A stretch of 47,413 nt of DNA from Burkholderiales bacterium (GTDB lineage: Bacteria > Pseudomonadota > Gammaproteobacteria > Burkholderiales > SG8-39). Position numbers and translations under genes: made by a program. The stretch spans positions 1 through 47,413 of the forward strand of contig JBBQNG010000002.1 of assembly GCA_038329645.1 (NCBI GenBank), in the 5' to 3' direction. The notes below the pieces were generated by a model that ran no database searches, was not told the DNA's origin, and saw only the letters and a program-made list of their open reading frames with translations. Positions 45,946 through 47,413 of this stretch are shown here, piece by piece; position 1 is the stretch's first letter, and each line of letters begins with the position of its first letter.

Positions 45946-46928
45946 ACCATCCTGTCGGCTACAACGCGGACCCCCGGCTGCGCTGGACCGAATGGCTCCC
46001 CTGGATCATATCGCTGGCAGTCTTTTTTCTCCTGCCCGACTACCTGTCCCTCGGTGCGCGGGTGCTGACCTATATTCTGTTCGCCCTTTCGCTGGACCTG
46101 ATCCTCGGCTATGCGGGGATCATTACGCTCGGCCATGCGGCGTTCTTCGGGCTGGGCGCCTATGTCACCGGCATCCTGGCCGCAAAGCTCGGGGTCACCG
46201 ATCCAGTCGTGCAGCTGGTCGCAAGCGCCGTGGCGGCCGGCTTGTTGGGCCTGGGAACCGGCGCAGTGGTGCTGCGTACGCATGGCCTCGCACAGCTCAT
46301 GCTGACGTTGGCCGTTGCGGCGGTCTGCCTCGAGATCGCAAACAAGGCAACGCCTGTCACCGGGGGGGCGGACGGGCTGTCCGGTGTTGTCATTGCGCCG
46401 ATATTCGGCCAGTTCAAGTTCGACCTGTATGGCAAGACCGGTTATCTCTGGTGCCTCGCGCTTGTGTTCCTGGGCTGGCTGCTGATCCGCCGGCTGATCT
46501 ATTCGCCCTTCGGCGCCTCCTTGACGGGTATCCGTGAAAACAGCGTGCGCATGCACGCGGTTGGATCGCCGGTCTACCGTCGTTTGCTGGTTGTCTACAC
46601 GCTCTCAGCGGCGATTGCGGGCATCGCGGGCGCGCTACTCACGCAGACCAACCAGTTCGTGGGACTCAACGTGCTTGGATTCGAACCCTCGGGCGAACTG
46701 CTGGTGATGCTCATCCTCGGCGGGGTCGGGCGGCTCTACGGCGCGTTTGTGGGCCCGCTGATTTTCCTGATCGCGCAGGATTTCCTCGCCAAGCAGTTTC
46801 CCGAATATTGGTATTTCGGCATCGGCCTCATGCTGGTGATCGTCGTTCTGTTTGCGCGCGGCGGCCTGTTGGGTATATCGGACGCCATCATTGCGAAATT
46901 TCGCTCTGGCAAAAGGTCCGGATCGTGA
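45942..46928 (+). CDS. Branched-chain-amino-acid-type ABC transporter permease (LivM-like)
   Basis: 328 aa from the ATG at 45942, with an ATGA overlap on the LivH-like stop. Carries LDLILGYAGIITLGHAAFFGLGAY, typical of LivM. Confidence 0.9.
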   Translation: MNHPVGYNADPRLRWTEWLPWIISLAVFFLLPDYLSLGARVLTYILFALSLDLILGYAGIITLGHAAFFGLGAYVTGILAAKLGVTDPVVQLVASAVAAGLLGLGTGAVVLRTHGLAQLMLTLAVAAVCLEIANKATPVTGGADGLSGVVIAPIFGQFKFDLYGKTGYLWCLALVFLGWLLIRRLIYSPFGASLTGIRENSVRMHAVGSPVYRRLLVVYTLSAAIAGIAGALLTQTNQFVGLNVLGFEPSGELLVMLILGGVGRLYGAFVGPLIFLIAQDFLAKQFPEYWYFGIGLMLVIVVLFARGGLLGISDAIIAKFRSGKRSGS

Positions 46929-47413
46929 ACGCGGTGCTCGAAACCGAGGGCCTGTGCAAGAGCTTCGGCGCGCTGACGGTGGCGGAGAACATCGACTTCC
47001 GCCTTGAGTCCGGGGCGCGGCACGCGCTGATCGGCCCCAACGGCGCAGGCAAGACGACCTTCGTCAACATGCTCACCGGTCGTCTCGCGCCAACTTCGGG
47101 CAAGGTCATGCTGGGAGGCGAGGACGTGACTCACCTGGCCCAGGCCGTGCGCGTCAAGCGCGGCGTCGGGCGCACTTTCCAGATCAATTCCTTGTTTCGC
47201 GACATGAGCGTGCTGGACAACGTCGCCCTCGGCATTGCGGAGCGGCATGGGATATCGGCAAGGCTGTGGCGGCCCGCCAGCAGTTACCTGGAGGTGCGCG
47301 AGGAGGCGGCGGATCTTTTATCTGCGCTGGGCATTGCCGACGAGGCCGGCAGGCGGGTGCTCGATCTGCCCTACGGCAAGCAGCGCCTGGTCGAGATCGC
47401 CATTGCGCTGGGG
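46925..47413 (+). CDS. ABC transporter ATP-binding protein (LivG-like), N-terminal 163 codons; continues beyond the right edge
   Basis: Absent from the ORF track because no stop falls in the window. A GTG at 46925 overlaps the LivM-like TGA (GTGA). The translation VNAVLETEGLCKSFGALTVAENIDFRLESGARHALIGPNGAGKTTFVNMLTG... carries Walker A, and later LPYGKQRLVEIAIAL. Confidence 0.88.
   Translation, partial: MNAVLETEGLCKSFGALTVAENIDFRLESGARHALIGPNGAGKTTFVNMLTGRLAPTSGKVMLGGEDVTHLAQAVRVKRGVGRTFQINSLFRDMSVLDNVALGIAERHGISARLWRPASSYLEVREEAADLLSALGIADEAGRRVLDLPYGKQRLVEIAIALG

Overview
This is a gene-dense, high-GC 47.4-kb window covering the chromosomal replication-origin neighbourhood of what looks like a betaproteobacterium. 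The taxon call rests on gene order and protein signatures only. The core is the minus-strand rpmH-rnpA-yidD-yidC-mnmE operon, with an AbrB-family membrane protein gene appended, diverging from plus-strand dnaA-dnaN-gyrB. Perfect DnaA boxes lie in both flanking intergenic regions.

Left of the origin, all on the minus strand, are GTP-dependent PEP carboxykinase, a class III aminotransferase, a TAXI-type TRAP transporter and a partial family III CoA-transferase.

Right of gyrB come a convergent topB, then smg, dprA and a LysM protein (all minus strand). These are followed by def-fmt-rsmB, a DUF4390 protein, an NtrY-like kinase, an NtrX-like regulator and a small CobW-like ORF. Next are a sodium:solute symporter, the metH-DUF423 pair, and an aromatic-acid catabolic patch. 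The patch holds an MFS transporter, a 4HBT-type thioesterase and pcaHGB, with a convergent operon of aryl-CoA ligase, FAH-family hydrolase and maleyl isomerase. A divergent LIV-type ABC transporter runs off the right edge.

I found no rRNA, tRNA, CRISPR array, IS element, prophage or recognisable defence system, so this is mostly ordinary core genome. The parts the genes do not explain are all in non-coding DNA:
- a riboswitch-like leader upstream of metH, with mutually exclusive antiterminator and terminator helices, that I cannot assign to a known class
- a perfect 3 x 16-bp tandem repeat, each unit carrying TTGACA on the metH strand, plus an inverted degenerate copy, in the metH/MFS divergent promoter
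- two candidate oriC regions
- several palindromes and inverted repeats in promoter regions

At protein level, the NtrX-like regulator has a degenerate AAA+ core and the downstream mini CobW-like ORF has a ruined P-loop. All functional calls come from reading motifs by eye; no database search was run.
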